A DNA stretch of 64,000 bases from Allosphingosinicella sp. (GTDB taxonomy: Bacteria; Pseudomonadota; Alphaproteobacteria; Sphingomonadales; Sphingomonadaceae), in NCBI GenBank assembly GCA_036554525.1, contig DATBNC010000010.1, forward strand, positions 24,669 through 88,668, in the 5' to 3' direction. Of the stretch, positions 48,795-58,072 are shown one piece after another. Both the position numbers and the translations under genes were made by a program. Positions within the stretch are counted from its first letter, which is position 1. Each line of letters begins with the position of its first letter. The notes under the pieces were generated by a model that saw only the letters and a list, made by a program, of their open reading frames with translations, was not told the origin of the DNA and did not search any database.

Positions 48795-49172
48795 TCAGGC
48801 GGTTGCCTGGGCCTCCTGCGGCAAAGCGCCGCGCGCCTGGGCGATGATGCCGCTGAACGCCGCTGCTTCGTGCATCGCGAGGTCGGCCAGGACCTTGCGG
48901 TCGAGATCGACTCCGGCGAGCTTCAGGCCGTGCATGAACTGGCCGTAGGTCAGGCCTTCGGCCCGCACCGCGGCGTTGATGCGCTGGATCCAGAGGGCGC
49001 GGAACGAACGCTTCTTAACCTTGCGGTCGCGATAGGCGTATTGGCCGGCCTTCTCCACCGCCTGCTTGGCGATGCGGATCGTGTTCTTGCGACGGCCATA
49101 ATAGCCCTTCGCTTGTTCCAGAATTCTTTTGTGGCGGGCCTTGGTGGTGGTCCCGCGTTTCACGCGTGCCAT
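48795..49172 (-). CDS. rplT: 50S ribosomal protein L20
   Basis: [54 protein letters not shown]... Confidence 0.97.
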   Translation of the reverse strand: MARVKRGTTTKARHKRILEQAKGYYGRRKNTIRIAKQAVEKAGQYAYRDRKVKKRSFRALWIQRINAAVRAEGLTYGQFMHGLKLAGVDLDRKVLADLAMHEAAAFSGIIAQARGALPQEAQATA

Positions 49173-49185
49173 ATTCTATATCCCC

Positions 49186-49389
49186 TTATTTCAGGCCGTA
49201 AGGCGCCCAAAGCTTCACGCGGGCCGTGTCGGCCACTGCGAGAACTTCGGTGCCGCGGTTCTGGCGGATATATTTGGCATTGTGGCTGATCAGGCGGTGG
49301 CGCTTGCCGGCGACCCCGTGCTTGACCTTGCCGGTGGCGGTGAGCTTGAAGCGCTTTTTAACGCCGCTCTTCGTCTTGAGCTTGGGCAT
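49186..49389 (-). CDS. rpmI: 50S ribosomal protein L35
   Basis: ATG at 49389 with GGAGAC upstream. [33 protein letters not shown]... The track ORF has a 25-codon spurious leader. Confidence 0.95.
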   Translation of the reverse strand: MPKLKTKSGVKKRFKLTATGKVKHGVAGKRHRLISHNAKYIRQNRGTEVLAVADTARVKLWAPYGLK

Positions 49390-49523
49390 TTTCGTCTCCT
49401 TTGCCGCTAGTGAGGCGGACGTTTGAGAACAGCCACGGCAGCCCTTACTGGCCGGGCGGTTCATTCTTCCAAAGCTGGAAAGAAGCGGCGCCTATAGAGG
49501 GGCACGCCGCCAAGCGCAAGCGC

Positions 49524-50192
49524 TCACCAGGGCAGCGGCTCGCCCCGATAGTTGAGAAAGGCACCGCTGTCGGCGGGGGTGAGGCGCGCGATCTCAGCGC
49601 GGAGGCTGGCCACGCTCTCCGCCATGCCGAGCGGCGCGTTGGGCCCGCCCATGTCGGTCTGCACCCAGCCGGGGTGGAACATAGCCAGCGTCACCGGCTT
49701 GCCGGCTAGGTCCAGCGCCAGATTGTGCCACGCCGCATTCAGCGCCGCCTTGCTTGCTCGGTAGGAATGGTAGCCGCCCGAACTGTCGGCGATGCTGCCC
49801 ATCTGGCTGGTGATCGCCACCATCTTGCCCTTGGCGGCGAGGACGTTGGGCAGAAGCGCTTCGGCCAGCAAGGTCGGCGCGACAGCGTTCACCGCATGAA
49901 CCTCCTGCCACGCCTGCGCGGCCGCCGCGTCGGCAATGCGCTGGGGGCCGGACACGCCTGCATTGGCAATGAGGAGGTCGAGCGGCTCGCCGCCGAGCCG
50001 CTCCGGCAAAGCGGCAACGACGGCGAAGTCGCGCATGTCGAGCAGCTCCACCCGCGCGCCGAGGCTTTCCAAAGCCGCCGCCTGCACCGCATCGCGCACG
50101 GTCGCTATGACTTGCCAGCCCTGGGCGGCATATTGGAGGGCGAACTCAAGGCCGATGCCGCGGCCGGCGCCGGTGATCAGAACCGTCGGCAT
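49524..50192 (-). CDS. Short-chain dehydrogenase/reductase (SDR)
   Basis: VLITGAGRGIGLE (TGxxxGxG), NAG, and YRASKAALN (YxxxK). Its start shares 1 nt with the prs stop. Confidence 0.85.
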   Translation of the reverse strand: MPTVLITGAGRGIGLEFALQYAAQGWQVIATVRDAVQAAALESLGARVELLDMRDFAVVAALPERLGGEPLDLLIANAGVSGPQRIADAAAAQAWQEVHAVNAVAPTLLAEALLPNVLAAKGKMVAITSQMGSIADSSGGYHSYRASKAALNAAWHNLALDLAGKPVTLAMFHPGWVQTDMGGPNAPLGMAESVASLRAEIARLTPADSGAFLNYRGEPLPW

Positions 50193-51124
50193 CAGTCGAA
50201 CAGGCTCGAAACGGAGCTTTCGTCAGCGATTCGCTTGATCGCCTCCCCAAGCAGCGGCGCGATGGAGAGGACTCGGACCTTGCCGCCCGCCGCGACGCCT
50301 TCGCTGTAGATGGTGTTGGTGATCACGAGCTCGCTCAGCGCCGAATTCTCGACGCGGCTGACCGCGCCGCCGGACAGCACGCCGTGGGTGCAATAGGCCA
50401 CAACGTCCTCCGCCCCCGCTTCGCGAAGCGCTCCGGCTGCGTTGCACAGGGTGCCGGCCGAATCGACGATGTCATCGATCAGGATGCAGAAGCGGTCGGT
50501 GACGTCGCCGATGATGTTCATCACCTCCGATTCGCCCGCCCGCTCGCGGCGCTTGTCGACGATCGCCAGCGGCGCGTTGTTGAGGCGCTTGGCGAGCGAC
50601 CGGGCGCGGACCACGCCGCCGACGTCGGGAGACACGACGGTGATGTTGCGGCCCTCGAAGCGATCACGGATGTCCGCCGACATCACCGGCGCGCCGTAGA
50701 GGTTGTCGGTCGGGATATCGAAGAAACCCTGGATCTGCCCCGCATGGAGATCGACGGACAGCACGCGGTCGGCGCCGGCGACGGTGATCAGGTTGGCGAC
50801 GAGCTTAGCCGAAATCGGCGTTCGCGGTCCGGGTTTGCGGTCCTGCCGGGCATAGCCGAAATAGGGAAGCACCGCCGTGATCCGCTTGGCCGAAGCGCGG
50901 TGCAGCGCGTCGATGCAGATCAGTAGCTCCATCAGATTGTCGTTGGCCGGGTAGCTGGTCGATTGGACGACGAACACGTCCTCGCCCCGCACGTTTTCGA
51001 GGATTTCGACGAAAATCTCTTCGTCGGCGAAGCGGCGGACGCTGGCTTCCGTAATCGGCAGGCCGAGATAGGCGGCGATGTCTTTCACCAGCGGCAGGTT
51101 CGAATTGCCCGATAACAATTTCAT
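50192..51124 (-). CDS. prs: Ribose-phosphate pyrophosphokinase
   Basis: [17 protein letters not shown].., ..[10 protein letters not shown].., ..[11 protein letters not shown].., ..[12 protein letters not shown]... Confidence 0.97.
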   Translation of the reverse strand: MKLLSGNSNLPLVKDIAAYLGLPITEASVRRFADEEIFVEILENVRGEDVFVVQSTSYPANDNLMELLICIDALHRASAKRITAVLPYFGYARQDRKPGPRTPISAKLVANLITVAGADRVLSVDLHAGQIQGFFDIPTDNLYGAPVMSADIRDRFEGRNITVVSPDVGGVVRARSLAKRLNNAPLAIVDKRRERAGESEVMNIIGDVTDRFCILIDDIVDSAGTLCNAAGALREAGAEDVVAYCTHGVLSGGAVSRVENSALSELVITNTIYSEGVAAGGKVRVLSIAPLLGEAIKRIADESSVSSLFD

Positions 51125-51978
51125 GCCGTGATTCCCTCGCCGTCCGGGGTGCCGTCGCGGCCCCGGCTCTTACCGGGCGGCGGCGGGGTGTCAAATTCGC
51201 TGAAGGCCGCACGGACATCGGAAAGGCAGGCGCGCGAGACCGGCACAGTGCCGCCGCCCTTTAGCCGAAGCCGAGCGCTTCGCCCTTCCCGCTCAAGCGC
51301 CTCCATTGCGGCAAAAGCCACCCACCAGCTTCGGTGCACCTGCATGCCGCTTGCCCCAAGCTCCTCCACCGCATCGCGAAAGCGCATCAACAGCAGGGTG
51401 GAGCCGAGCGCCGTCTCGGCGCGGACATAATGGTCCTGCATCTCGAGCAGCAGCAGGTCTCGGCCGAGCCTTGGCGGCAGGCGGCGCAGGAACAGGCTTG
51501 GCGTCGGCGCGGGAGCGGGCGGGGCTTCGGGCCTACTCTCCGCCACCGGGGCCTCGGCGGGCGCGGCGCGGCGGAACACCGTCATCATCAGCAGGTGGAT
51601 GGCGATCCCCACGGTGGCGACCTGCCCGTAGAGGATCGGGAAGCGGCTCCCGAACCACGAGCCGGGCGGGCGCAACACCCCGAGCGCGTAAGCGAGCAAG
51701 CCGGTCAGCGGCAGCGAGGCGACCACCGTGGCAAGGATCACCGCCAGCCAGAGCGGCATCGCCGTCTCCGCCGCCGCCCAGCGCGACACGGCGGAGACCG
51801 GGCGGAAGATCGCGTAGCCGGCGACCACGAAGCCCACCCAGAACAGCAAGCGCACCGCCGGCGGCATCGCGGCGCTCCCGAATGGTCCGGCGAGCCCAAG
51901 GATCGTGCCGATCGCGACCATCAGGAACAGGTCGATGGCGATTCGCCGCAGCCGCTCCACTTTCCCCCCCTTGCCCAT
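51121..51978 (-). CDS. Membrane-anchored LytTR DNA-binding domain protein
   Basis: Four predicted TM helices, then a Pro/Ala linker and a LytTR domain (..[42 protein letters not shown]..). Start is ATG 51978 (alternative GTG 51999). Its stop overlaps the prs ATG (ATGA). Confidence 0.8.
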   Translation of the reverse strand: MGKGGKVERLRRIAIDLFLMVAIGTILGLAGPFGSAAMPPAVRLLFWVGFVVAGYAIFRPVSAVSRWAAAETAMPLWLAVILATVVASLPLTGLLAYALGVLRPPGSWFGSRFPILYGQVATVGIAIHLLMMTVFRRAAPAEAPVAESRPEAPPAPAPTPSLFLRRLPPRLGRDLLLLEMQDHYVRAETALGSTLLLMRFRDAVEELGASGMQVHRSWWVAFAAMEALEREGRSARLRLKGGGTVPVSRACLSDVRAAFSEFDTPPPPGKSRGRDGTPDGEGITA

Positions 51979-52104
51979 TCGCGCATCGCGAGCAGGCACT
52001 TCGCCGCCTTCGCGAATTCGCGCGGTTCATTCACGCAGCAACGCTTCGCTGCCGTCTGAACCTGCCGCACAGCCTTAAGCGTCAATCAACCGGAGGTACA
52101 TTCC

Positions 52105-52599
52105 TTGGCAAGCCTTGCCCGCCCCGTTCGCCGCTTCGGCTTTCGCGAGATCGCCGTGATGGCCGGCGCGATCACCCTGCTGACGGCAACCCTGACCGTG
52201 CTCTCCTTCGGCACGGCGCCTTCCACCCACCAGGAGCCGATGTCGCTGGCGCTGATCATCCACCTCGCCACAGTGCTCCCGGCGCTTCCGCTCGGCGCCT
52301 ACATCCTCGTCAGCCGCAAGGGCGGACGGCTCCACCGACTGCTTGGCCGCATCTGGGCGGGGATGATGATCGTCACGGCGATCTCCAGCTTCTGGCTGCG
52401 CAACAACGGCCATCTGAGCCTGATCCACATCTTCTCGGTGATCACCCTCGTCTCGGTGCCGCTGGCGGTAATCGCGATCCTCCGCGGCAATGTGGAGCGG
52501 CACAGGCGCGCGATGCTTGGCACCTATATCGGCGTGGTCGTCGCCGGCGCCTTCGCCTTCGCGCCCGGGCGGCTGCTCGGCGGGTGGATCGGCGGCTGA
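52105..52599 (+). CDS. DUF2306-like integral membrane protein
   Basis: TTG at 52105 with GGAGG 7-8 nt upstream. Four to five TM helices (..HLATVLPALPLGAYILVSRKG..HRLLGRIW..). The family call is tentative. Confidence 0.6.
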   Translation: MASLARPVRRFGFREIAVMAGAITLLTATLTVLSFGTAPSTHQEPMSLALIIHLATVLPALPLGAYILVSRKGGRLHRLLGRIWAGMMIVTAISSFWLRNNGHLSLIHIFSVITLVSVPLAVIAILRGNVERHRRAMLGTYIGVVVAGAFAFAPGRLLGGWIGG

Positions 52600-52636
52600 G
52601 ATTGCCCGCGTGGCGCCCGGGCCGTAAGGCGCGGCG

Positions 52637-53968
52637 ATGCAGATCGTCACCCGCTTCGCCCCCGCGCCCACCGGCCGCCTCCACGTCGGCAACATCCGCA
52701 CCGCCGTGCACAATTGGCTTTGGGCGAAAAAGAACGACGGACGCTTCATTCTGCGGCTCGACGACACCGATGCGGAGCGCTCGTCGGAAGAAGCGGCGGC
52801 CGGTATCCGCGAGGACCTCGCCTGGCTCGGCCTTTACCCCGACGCCGAATGCCGCCAGTCGCAGCGCTTCGCGCTCTACGACGCGGCGCTGGAGAGGCTC
52901 CGCGAGGCAGGCCGCGTCTACCCGGCCTACGAAACGGCGCAGGAGCTCGACCTCAAGCGCAAGGTGCAGCTCAGCCGGGGCAAGCCGCCGGTCTACGATC
53001 GGGCGGCGCTTGCTCTGAGCCAGGAAGAGAAAGCGCAGCTTGAAGCGGAGGGCCGCCGCCCGCACTGGCGCTTCCGGCTCGACCATGGTGCGCCTATCGA
53101 ATGGGACGACCTGATCCGCGGCCGCCAGAGCTTCGATCCCGCCTTGCTTTCCGACCCGGTGATCCGCCGCGAAGACGGAAGCTGGCTCTACATGCTGCCG
53201 AGCGCCGTCGACGACATCGACATGGGCATCACACACGTGGTGCGCGGCGAGGACCATGTCGCCAACACCGCGCTCCAGATCCAGATGTTCGAAGCGCTCG
53301 GCGCCACGCCGCCCGCCTTCGCGCATGAAGCGCTGCTGGTCGGCTCCGAAGGCAAATTGTCGAAGCGCCTGGGCTCGCTGGGTGCCGACGCGATGCGGGA
53401 GGACGGCATCGAGCCGCTCGCCATTCTCGCCAAGCTCGCGCGGATCGGCACCAGCCTTCCCGTGGAGCCGGTGGCCGACCTGCCGCCGCTTGCCGAGCGC
53501 TTCGACTTCGCCACCTTCGGCCGCGCGCCCGCCCGCTTCGACATGGAGGAGCTGAAGGCGCTCAACGCCCGCATCGTCCACCAACTGCCCTTCGCAGCCG
53601 TCGCCGAGCGGCTCCCTTCCGGCATGGCGGAGGCCGACTGGGCCGCGATTCGCCCGAACCTGCGCAGCGTCGCCGAAGCGGCCGACTGGTGGGCGATCCT
53701 CCACGGCCACGTCGAAGCCAAAGCCGCGGAGGAAGACCGTGACCTCCTCGAAGCCGCAGCCACAGTCGCCGGTGAAATCGACTGGACCGAATCGCCCTGG
53801 CAGGCGCTGGTCGCCGAACTCAAGGCGCGCACCGGCCGCGGCGGCAAGGCGCTCTTTCTGCCGCTGCGCCGGGCGCTCACCGGCCGCGACTCGGGGCCTG
53901 AAATGGCCGCCATGCTCCCGCTGATCGGCCGCAAAGAAACAATCGCCCGCCTCCGCGCCGCACTCTAG
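52637..53968 (+). CDS. gltX: Glutamate--tRNA ligase
   Basis: MQIVTRFAPAPTGRLHVGNIRTAV (HIGH-type), ..VVRGEDHVANT.., KLSKRLGS (KMSKS-type), 443 aa. Confidence 0.93.
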   Translation: MQIVTRFAPAPTGRLHVGNIRTAVHNWLWAKKNDGRFILRLDDTDAERSSEEAAAGIREDLAWLGLYPDAECRQSQRFALYDAALERLREAGRVYPAYETAQELDLKRKVQLSRGKPPVYDRAALALSQEEKAQLEAEGRRPHWRFRLDHGAPIEWDDLIRGRQSFDPALLSDPVIRREDGSWLYMLPSAVDDIDMGITHVVRGEDHVANTALQIQMFEALGATPPAFAHEALLVGSEGKLSKRLGSLGADAMREDGIEPLAILAKLARIGTSLPVEPVADLPPLAERFDFATFGRAPARFDMEELKALNARIVHQLPFAAVAERLPSGMAEADWAAIRPNLRSVAEAADWWAILHGHVEAKAAEEDRDLLEAAATVAGEIDWTESPWQALVAELKARTGRGGKALFLPLRRALTGRDSGPEMAAMLPLIGRKETIARLRAAL

Positions 53969-54027
53969 CACCTCAAGCTTCTTCAGCAGCGGGAACAAAG
54001 TGGCTTTTGCAACGTCGTGATATGTTG

Positions 54028-54049
54028 TAACATTATGTTATGAGATAAC
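54028..54049. promoter_or_regulatory. Overlapping palindromes in the AT-rich tonB upstream region (candidate metal-regulator operator)
   Basis: TAACAT-t-ATGTTA (54028-54040) and GTTAT-gag-ATAAC (54037-54049), about 45-65 nt upstream of ATG 54094. This is the only markedly AT-rich spacer in the window. Confidence 0.3.
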
Positions 54050-54093
54050 CTCTCATACATGCCCGGCAGAGGCAGCAGCATAGGAGACACGCC

Positions 54094-54777
54094 ATGACTC
54101 AAGGCGCATATACCCAAAAGAAGGCGAGCCCGACGGCGCTCACCGTCGTGATCCTGATGCACGGTGTCGCGCTCGGCGCGCTCGCGCTGAGCAAGATGGA
54201 CGTGGCGCTGATCGACAAGAGCCCGATCGAAGTCATCGACATCGCCACGCCCAAGCCGCCGCCTCCGCCCAAGCCACCGGAGCCGACCCGCCAGCCGCAG
54301 CCGATGCAGCGCGAGATCGTGACCGTCACTCCCCGGGTGATCGACATCGCGCCCAACCCGGTGGAGTTCGACACAAGGCCGACGCCCAACCCGCCGCAGC
54401 CTTATGTCCTTCCCGGCACCCAGGACATCATCACCCCGCCGTCGCCTCCGCCCCCGCCACCGCCGCCTCCGCCCGCCACCACGGTGGAACCGGCGCGGGC
54501 AAAGGCGAACCTCAATTCCTACGTGTCGGACGCCGATTATCCGGCCTCGGCCGTGCGTAGCGAGGAGCAAGGCACTACCCGCTTCCGACTTTCGATCGGG
54601 CCGGATGGTCGGGTGAAGGAATGTTCGGTCACCGGCTCCAGCGGCTCCTCCTCGCTCGACGCCGCGACCTGCCGGATCATGAAAAGCCGGGCTCGCTTCA
54701 CCCCCGCCCGCGACAGCACGGGCAACGCGACGGGCGACCAGGTCGCGAGCTCGATCCGTTGGGTGCTGCCCGAATAA
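54094..54777 (+). CDS. tonB: Energy transducer TonB
   Basis: AGGAG upstream. N-terminal TM anchor, Pro-rich spacers ([12 protein letters not shown].., [14 protein letters not shown]), and a TonB C-terminal domain (..YPASAVRSEEQGTTRFRLSIGPDGRVKECSV..SSGSSSLDAATCRIM..). Confidence 0.88.
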   Translation: MTQGAYTQKKASPTALTVVILMHGVALGALALSKMDVALIDKSPIEVIDIATPKPPPPPKPPEPTRQPQPMQREIVTVTPRVIDIAPNPVEFDTRPTPNPPQPYVLPGTQDIITPPSPPPPPPPPPPATTVEPARAKANLNSYVSDADYPASAVRSEEQGTTRFRLSIGPDGRVKECSVTGSSGSSSLDAATCRIMKSRARFTPARDSTGNATGDQVASSIRWVLPE

Positions 54778-54858
54778 GCGCCTCCCTTCCGCCGCCGCGG
54801 CCTCCTGATGCGGCGGCGGGGGTGGCGGAGGGAGGGCCGAGCGATTATCTTGGTCGCC

Positions 54859-55185
54859 ATGGCTCTCCCCCGCCCCTCCTCGCCCCGCGCCCTTTGGGCC
54901 GACATACGGGCCTTCACCGCCAATCGCGGCCGCCACCACCTCGTCGCGGCGGCTTTGGCTCTGCTTCTACCGACGGCGCTGATCGTCCTCTTCTACGTCG
55001 ACGGGCGGACCAACATTGCGCCCAAGCCGCAGGTGATCTTCGCCGAAAGCTGGACGCTCGACCGCACGGACGAGCAGATCAAGGCCGATCAGGTCATCCA
55101 TCAGCGCGAGCGCGAGGCGAAGCAGAAGGAGCGGCAGCGCCAATTCCAGAAGCTCGAAAAGAGCATGGAGAAATACGGCCTTTGA
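54859..55185 (+). CDS. Small single-TM protein (hypothetical), upstream of ribD
   Basis: MALPRPSSPRALWADIRAF..HHLVAAALALLLPTALIVLFYV.. then a charged tail (..QREREAKQKERQRQFQKLEKSMEKYGL). An alternative ATG lies at 54808. Its stop overlaps the ribD TTG. Confidence 0.5.
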   Translation: MALPRPSSPRALWADIRAFTANRGRHHLVAAALALLLPTALIVLFYVDGRTNIAPKPQVIFAESWTLDRTDEQIKADQVIHQREREAKQKERQRQFQKLEKSMEKYGL

Positions 55186-56153
55186 CCGATGACGGGCGCT
55201 GGATGGCCGCCGCCATAGCGCTCGGTGAGCGCGGCCGCGGCCGAACCGCGCCCAATCCGAGCGTCGGCTGCCTGCTCGTCAAGGACGGGCGCGTGATCGG
55301 CGGCGGCTGGACCCAGTCCGGCGGCCGCCCGCACGCCGAAGCGGTTGCCTTGGCCGAAGCCGGCGGGGAAGCGCGCGGGGCCACCGCATACGTCACCCTC
55401 GAACCCTGCGGGCACGTGAGCCCACGCGGCCCCGCTTGCGCCGACTTGCTGATCGAAGAGGGCGTCGCCCGAGTCGTCGCGGCCGTCGGCGATCCCGATC
55501 CCCGCACAAACGGCAAGGGCTTCGAACGGCTCCGAACCGCCGGAGTCGAAGTCGTGACCGGCACTGGCGCGGAGGAAGCGGAGCGCAGCCTCGCCGGCTT
55601 CCTAAGCCGGGTCCGCGCCGGGCGCCCGCTGGTCACGCTGAAACTCGCAATGTCCCTCGACGGCAAGATCGCGCTTCCCTCCGGCGAAAGCCGCTGGATC
55701 ACCGGCGAGGACGCCCGCGCCCACGTCCACCTGGAGCGCGCCCGTGCCGACATGATCCTCGTCGGCCGCGGCACCTACGAAGCCGACAAGCCCGGCCTCG
55801 ACGTCCGCTTGCCCGGCCTCGAAGACCGGTCGCCGCGCCGCGCCATCCTCACCCGGGGCAACGGCGTCGAAGGCTGGGAACGGCTCGGCTCCCCGCAGGA
55901 CGTGTTCAAGCTCGAAGGTGTCAACGAACTGCTCGTCGAAGGCGGCTCCGGCGCCGCGTCCGCGTTCCTGCAAGCGGACCTCGTCGACCGGCTGCTGATC
56001 TACCGCGCGCCGATCCTGATCGGCGAGGGAAAATCGTCGATCGGCTATATCGGCCTGACCTCGATCGCCGAGGCGCACCGCCGCTGGCGGCTTGCCGATT
56101 CGCGCATGCTGGGTGCCGACCGGCTCGAAGTCTACGAGCGCGAGCCGGCCTAG
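55182..56153 (+). CDS. ribD: Bifunctional riboflavin biosynthesis protein RibD (deaminase/reductase)
   Basis: TTG at 55182 (alternative ATG 55203). ..RWMAAAIALGERGRGRTAPNPSVGCLLV.., HAEAVAL, TLEPCGH (CMP/dCMP deaminase zinc site), and reductase half ..TLKLAMSLDGKIA.. ..LLVEGG... Confidence 0.92.
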   Translation: MTDDGRWMAAAIALGERGRGRTAPNPSVGCLLVKDGRVIGGGWTQSGGRPHAEAVALAEAGGEARGATAYVTLEPCGHVSPRGPACADLLIEEGVARVVAAVGDPDPRTNGKGFERLRTAGVEVVTGTGAEEAERSLAGFLSRVRAGRPLVTLKLAMSLDGKIALPSGESRWITGEDARAHVHLERARADMILVGRGTYEADKPGLDVRLPGLEDRSPRRAILTRGNGVEGWERLGSPQDVFKLEGVNELLVEGGSGAASAFLQADLVDRLLIYRAPILIGEGKSSIGYIGLTSIAEAHRRWRLADSRMLGADRLEVYEREPA

Positions 56154-56815
56154 ACCGCCGGGTAGCGGAGGCGACCGAGGAAGCGGCTCAAGGACGGCGT
56201 CCGCTCCCGGCTCCGCCGCCAGCTCGCTTTCACCTTCTCGAACTGCATGACGTTGTCGATCCGCCGGTCGAGAAAGGCGCGGGTCTCACTGAGCTCGTCG
56301 CCATTCTCGTCGAGGTAGACGAGCACGGTGGAAACGTAGACGCCGAGCAGGATGGTGCGCTTGGAATAATGGTTGAAGTCGGTCGCCGCGTCGCCGGCGA
56401 TCCGCCACATCCGGTCCACCGCGCGCCAATTGAGGCGGAGCGCCAGGGGGACGTTCTGCGGCTGGGCGAGGATTGCGAGCGCTCGGCGAAGCGCTTCCTT
56501 GTGCGGATTGGCGACTTCCAGCCGGTAGAGAACGAGGTCGCGGATGCGCTGGCGGATCTTCATCCCCTCGATCTTCTCGAGCGGGAAGTGCCGCGCGGTG
56601 GCCCGGTCGATTGCATCGAACCAGCCGTCGATCATGTCGGTCGCGCCGCCGGGAAAAGCCAGCCGCGCGCGCGGCGCCGGGATGCCGAGCTCGGCGGCCG
56701 CCATGGCAAGCGCCTCGTCGCTCCACCCGTCGAAAACGGCATGGGCGGGGATCAGCGGGGACAAAGCAAGCCGAAGCTCGTCCAGCGTCATGTCGGAAGG
56801 CGCGATCTCATCCAT
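56150..56815 (-). CDS. COQ9-like (rpsU-divergently-transcribed family) protein
   Basis: ..FDGWSDEALAMAAAELGIP.. ..RIRDLVLYRLE.. ..WRIAGDAATDFNHYSKRTILLGVYVSTVLVYL.. matches the bacterial COQ9 domain family. Confidence 0.75.
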   Translation of the reverse strand: MDEIAPSDMTLDELRLALSPLIPAHAVFDGWSDEALAMAAAELGIPAPRARLAFPGGATDMIDGWFDAIDRATARHFPLEKIEGMKIRQRIRDLVLYRLEVANPHKEALRRALAILAQPQNVPLALRLNWRAVDRMWRIAGDAATDFNHYSKRTILLGVYVSTVLVYLDENGDELSETRAFLDRRIDNVMQFEKVKASWRRSRERTPSLSRFLGRLRYPAV

Positions 56816-56821
56816 GGCGGA

Positions 56822-57745
56822 TCAATGATCTTGTGCGCCGGAGGATGCAAGACGGGCCTCATTCCCCCGCTCCGGCAGGCGGATGAGAACAAGCGCGACG
56901 GCAATGCACAGGCCGCCGAGGAGGTCGGCCGGGCCGAGCCGCTCACCGTAGGCGAGCCAGCCGATCGCGGCGGTGACAAGGGGCTGGGTGAGGAGGCCGA
57001 GGCCGACCACCACCGGCGACAGGTGGCCGACGGAGTAGACCAGAAGCCCCTGCCCGATCAGCTGGCTGCCGAGCGACAGCAGAATCAAGGGCGTCCAATC
57101 GCCGGGCATCACCTGCTCTCCGAACGCCAACGCGAGAAGCAGAAGCGGCAGCGCGCCAGCGGTCGTCGCGACGGCAAGCACGGCCATCGAGCCCATCGAC
57201 CGCCGCCCCCGGTCGATCGAAACCAGGTAGAAAGCGTAGAACAGGCCGGCGAGGAGCGCGAGGAGGTCGCCGCGCAAATTCTTGGGCGACAGCTCGTAGC
57301 TGGAGCCGAGCAGCAGAACCGCGCCCGCCACTGCAAGTGCCACCGCCGCCCCCTGCACCCGTCCCGGCGACCGCCGCGCGATAACGAAGCCGTAGAGCAC
57401 TAGGATGAAGCTCGACATGTTGCCGAACAAGGTCGCGTTGGCGAGCTTGGTGAGGCCGATGCTGTAGTGCCAGGCGGCAAGATCGGCGGCGAAGAACAAC
57501 CCGCCGCCGGCGACCAGCGCGACCAGCCCGAGGGTTGCTCCCGCCCCGCGCGAGAAGCCTGAGCGCGCCAGGATCAGAAGCACCGGCGCGGCAAGTGCAA
57601 GCCGCCAGAAAGCCGAAGCCACCGCGCCGACGTCGGCAAGCCGCACCATCCACGGCCCGAAGGCGAGCAGCAGATTGGCGAGGATCAGTGCCAGGAAGGC
57701 GTAGCGGCCCGTGCGCGGGGCGGGAGGAGTGGCTTGATCGTGCAT
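56822..57745 (-). CDS. DMT superfamily (EamA-type) transporter
   Basis: 307 aa, ten predicted TM helices in two EamA-like halves. Confidence 0.8.
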   Translation of the reverse strand: MHDQATPPAPRTGRYAFLALILANLLLAFGPWMVRLADVGAVASAFWRLALAAPVLLILARSGFSRGAGATLGLVALVAGGGLFFAADLAAWHYSIGLTKLANATLFGNMSSFILVLYGFVIARRSPGRVQGAAVALAVAGAVLLLGSSYELSPKNLRGDLLALLAGLFYAFYLVSIDRGRRSMGSMAVLAVATTAGALPLLLLALAFGEQVMPGDWTPLILLSLGSQLIGQGLLVYSVGHLSPVVVGLGLLTQPLVTAAIGWLAYGERLGPADLLGGLCIAVALVLIRLPERGNEARLASSGAQDH

Positions 57746-57778
57746 CGGAACCGGTCAGCCGCTAGGGCTCGCCCCGTC

Positions 57779-58072
57779 ATGGCGTCAAGCAAGGACGAGA
57801 GCGAGACCACCTGCTTCCTGTGCGGCCGCCCGCTCGGCCGTAAGGTGGAGTGGCACCACCCGGTGCCGAAGAGCCGCGGCGGGCGCGTCACCGTCCCCGT
57901 TCACCCGATCTGCCACCGGGCGATCCACGCCGCCCTCACCAACAAGGAACTGGAACGCGGCTTCTCCGCCCCCGGAGCCCTCCGCTCCCATCCGGAGCTG
58001 GCGAAGTTCGTCACTTGGGTCGCCAACAAGGACCCGGACTTCCACGCGCCAACGAAGCGGAAGCACCCCTAA
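57779..58072 (+). CDS. Small HNH endonuclease-domain protein
   Basis: ATG at 57779. CFLCG..VEWHHPVPKSRGG..VHPICHRAIH (Cys/His HNH core), 97 aa. Confidence 0.7.
   Translation: MASSKDESETTCFLCGRPLGRKVEWHHPVPKSRGGRVTVPVHPICHRAIHAALTNKELERGFSAPGALRSHPELAKFVTWVANKDPDFHAPTKRKHP

Noticed and set aside
48617-48847. 76-aa ORF (MRSMVEGYQPNRL..)
   Set aside because: It starts inside palindromic element C and runs antisense into rplT, so it is an artefact of the repeat sequence.
49475-49510. Possible terminator of the SDR gene or an L20-type leader upstream of rpmI
   Set aside because: Only a 6-bp GC stem with a 14-nt loop plus a second imperfect hairpin (TTCTTTCCAGCTTTGGAAGAA) is present. That is too weak to call, and I recognise no ribosomal-protein leader.
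52442-53998. 518-aa ORF on the - strand
   Set aside because: It is antisense to gltX, whose HIGH/KMSKS motifs are present on the + strand.
55436-57403. 655-aa ORF on the + strand, spanning ribD (out of frame), the COQ9-like gene and the DMT transporter
   Set aside because: It crosses three well-supported genes in alternative or antisense frames. The Arg/Pro-rich translation has no motifs.
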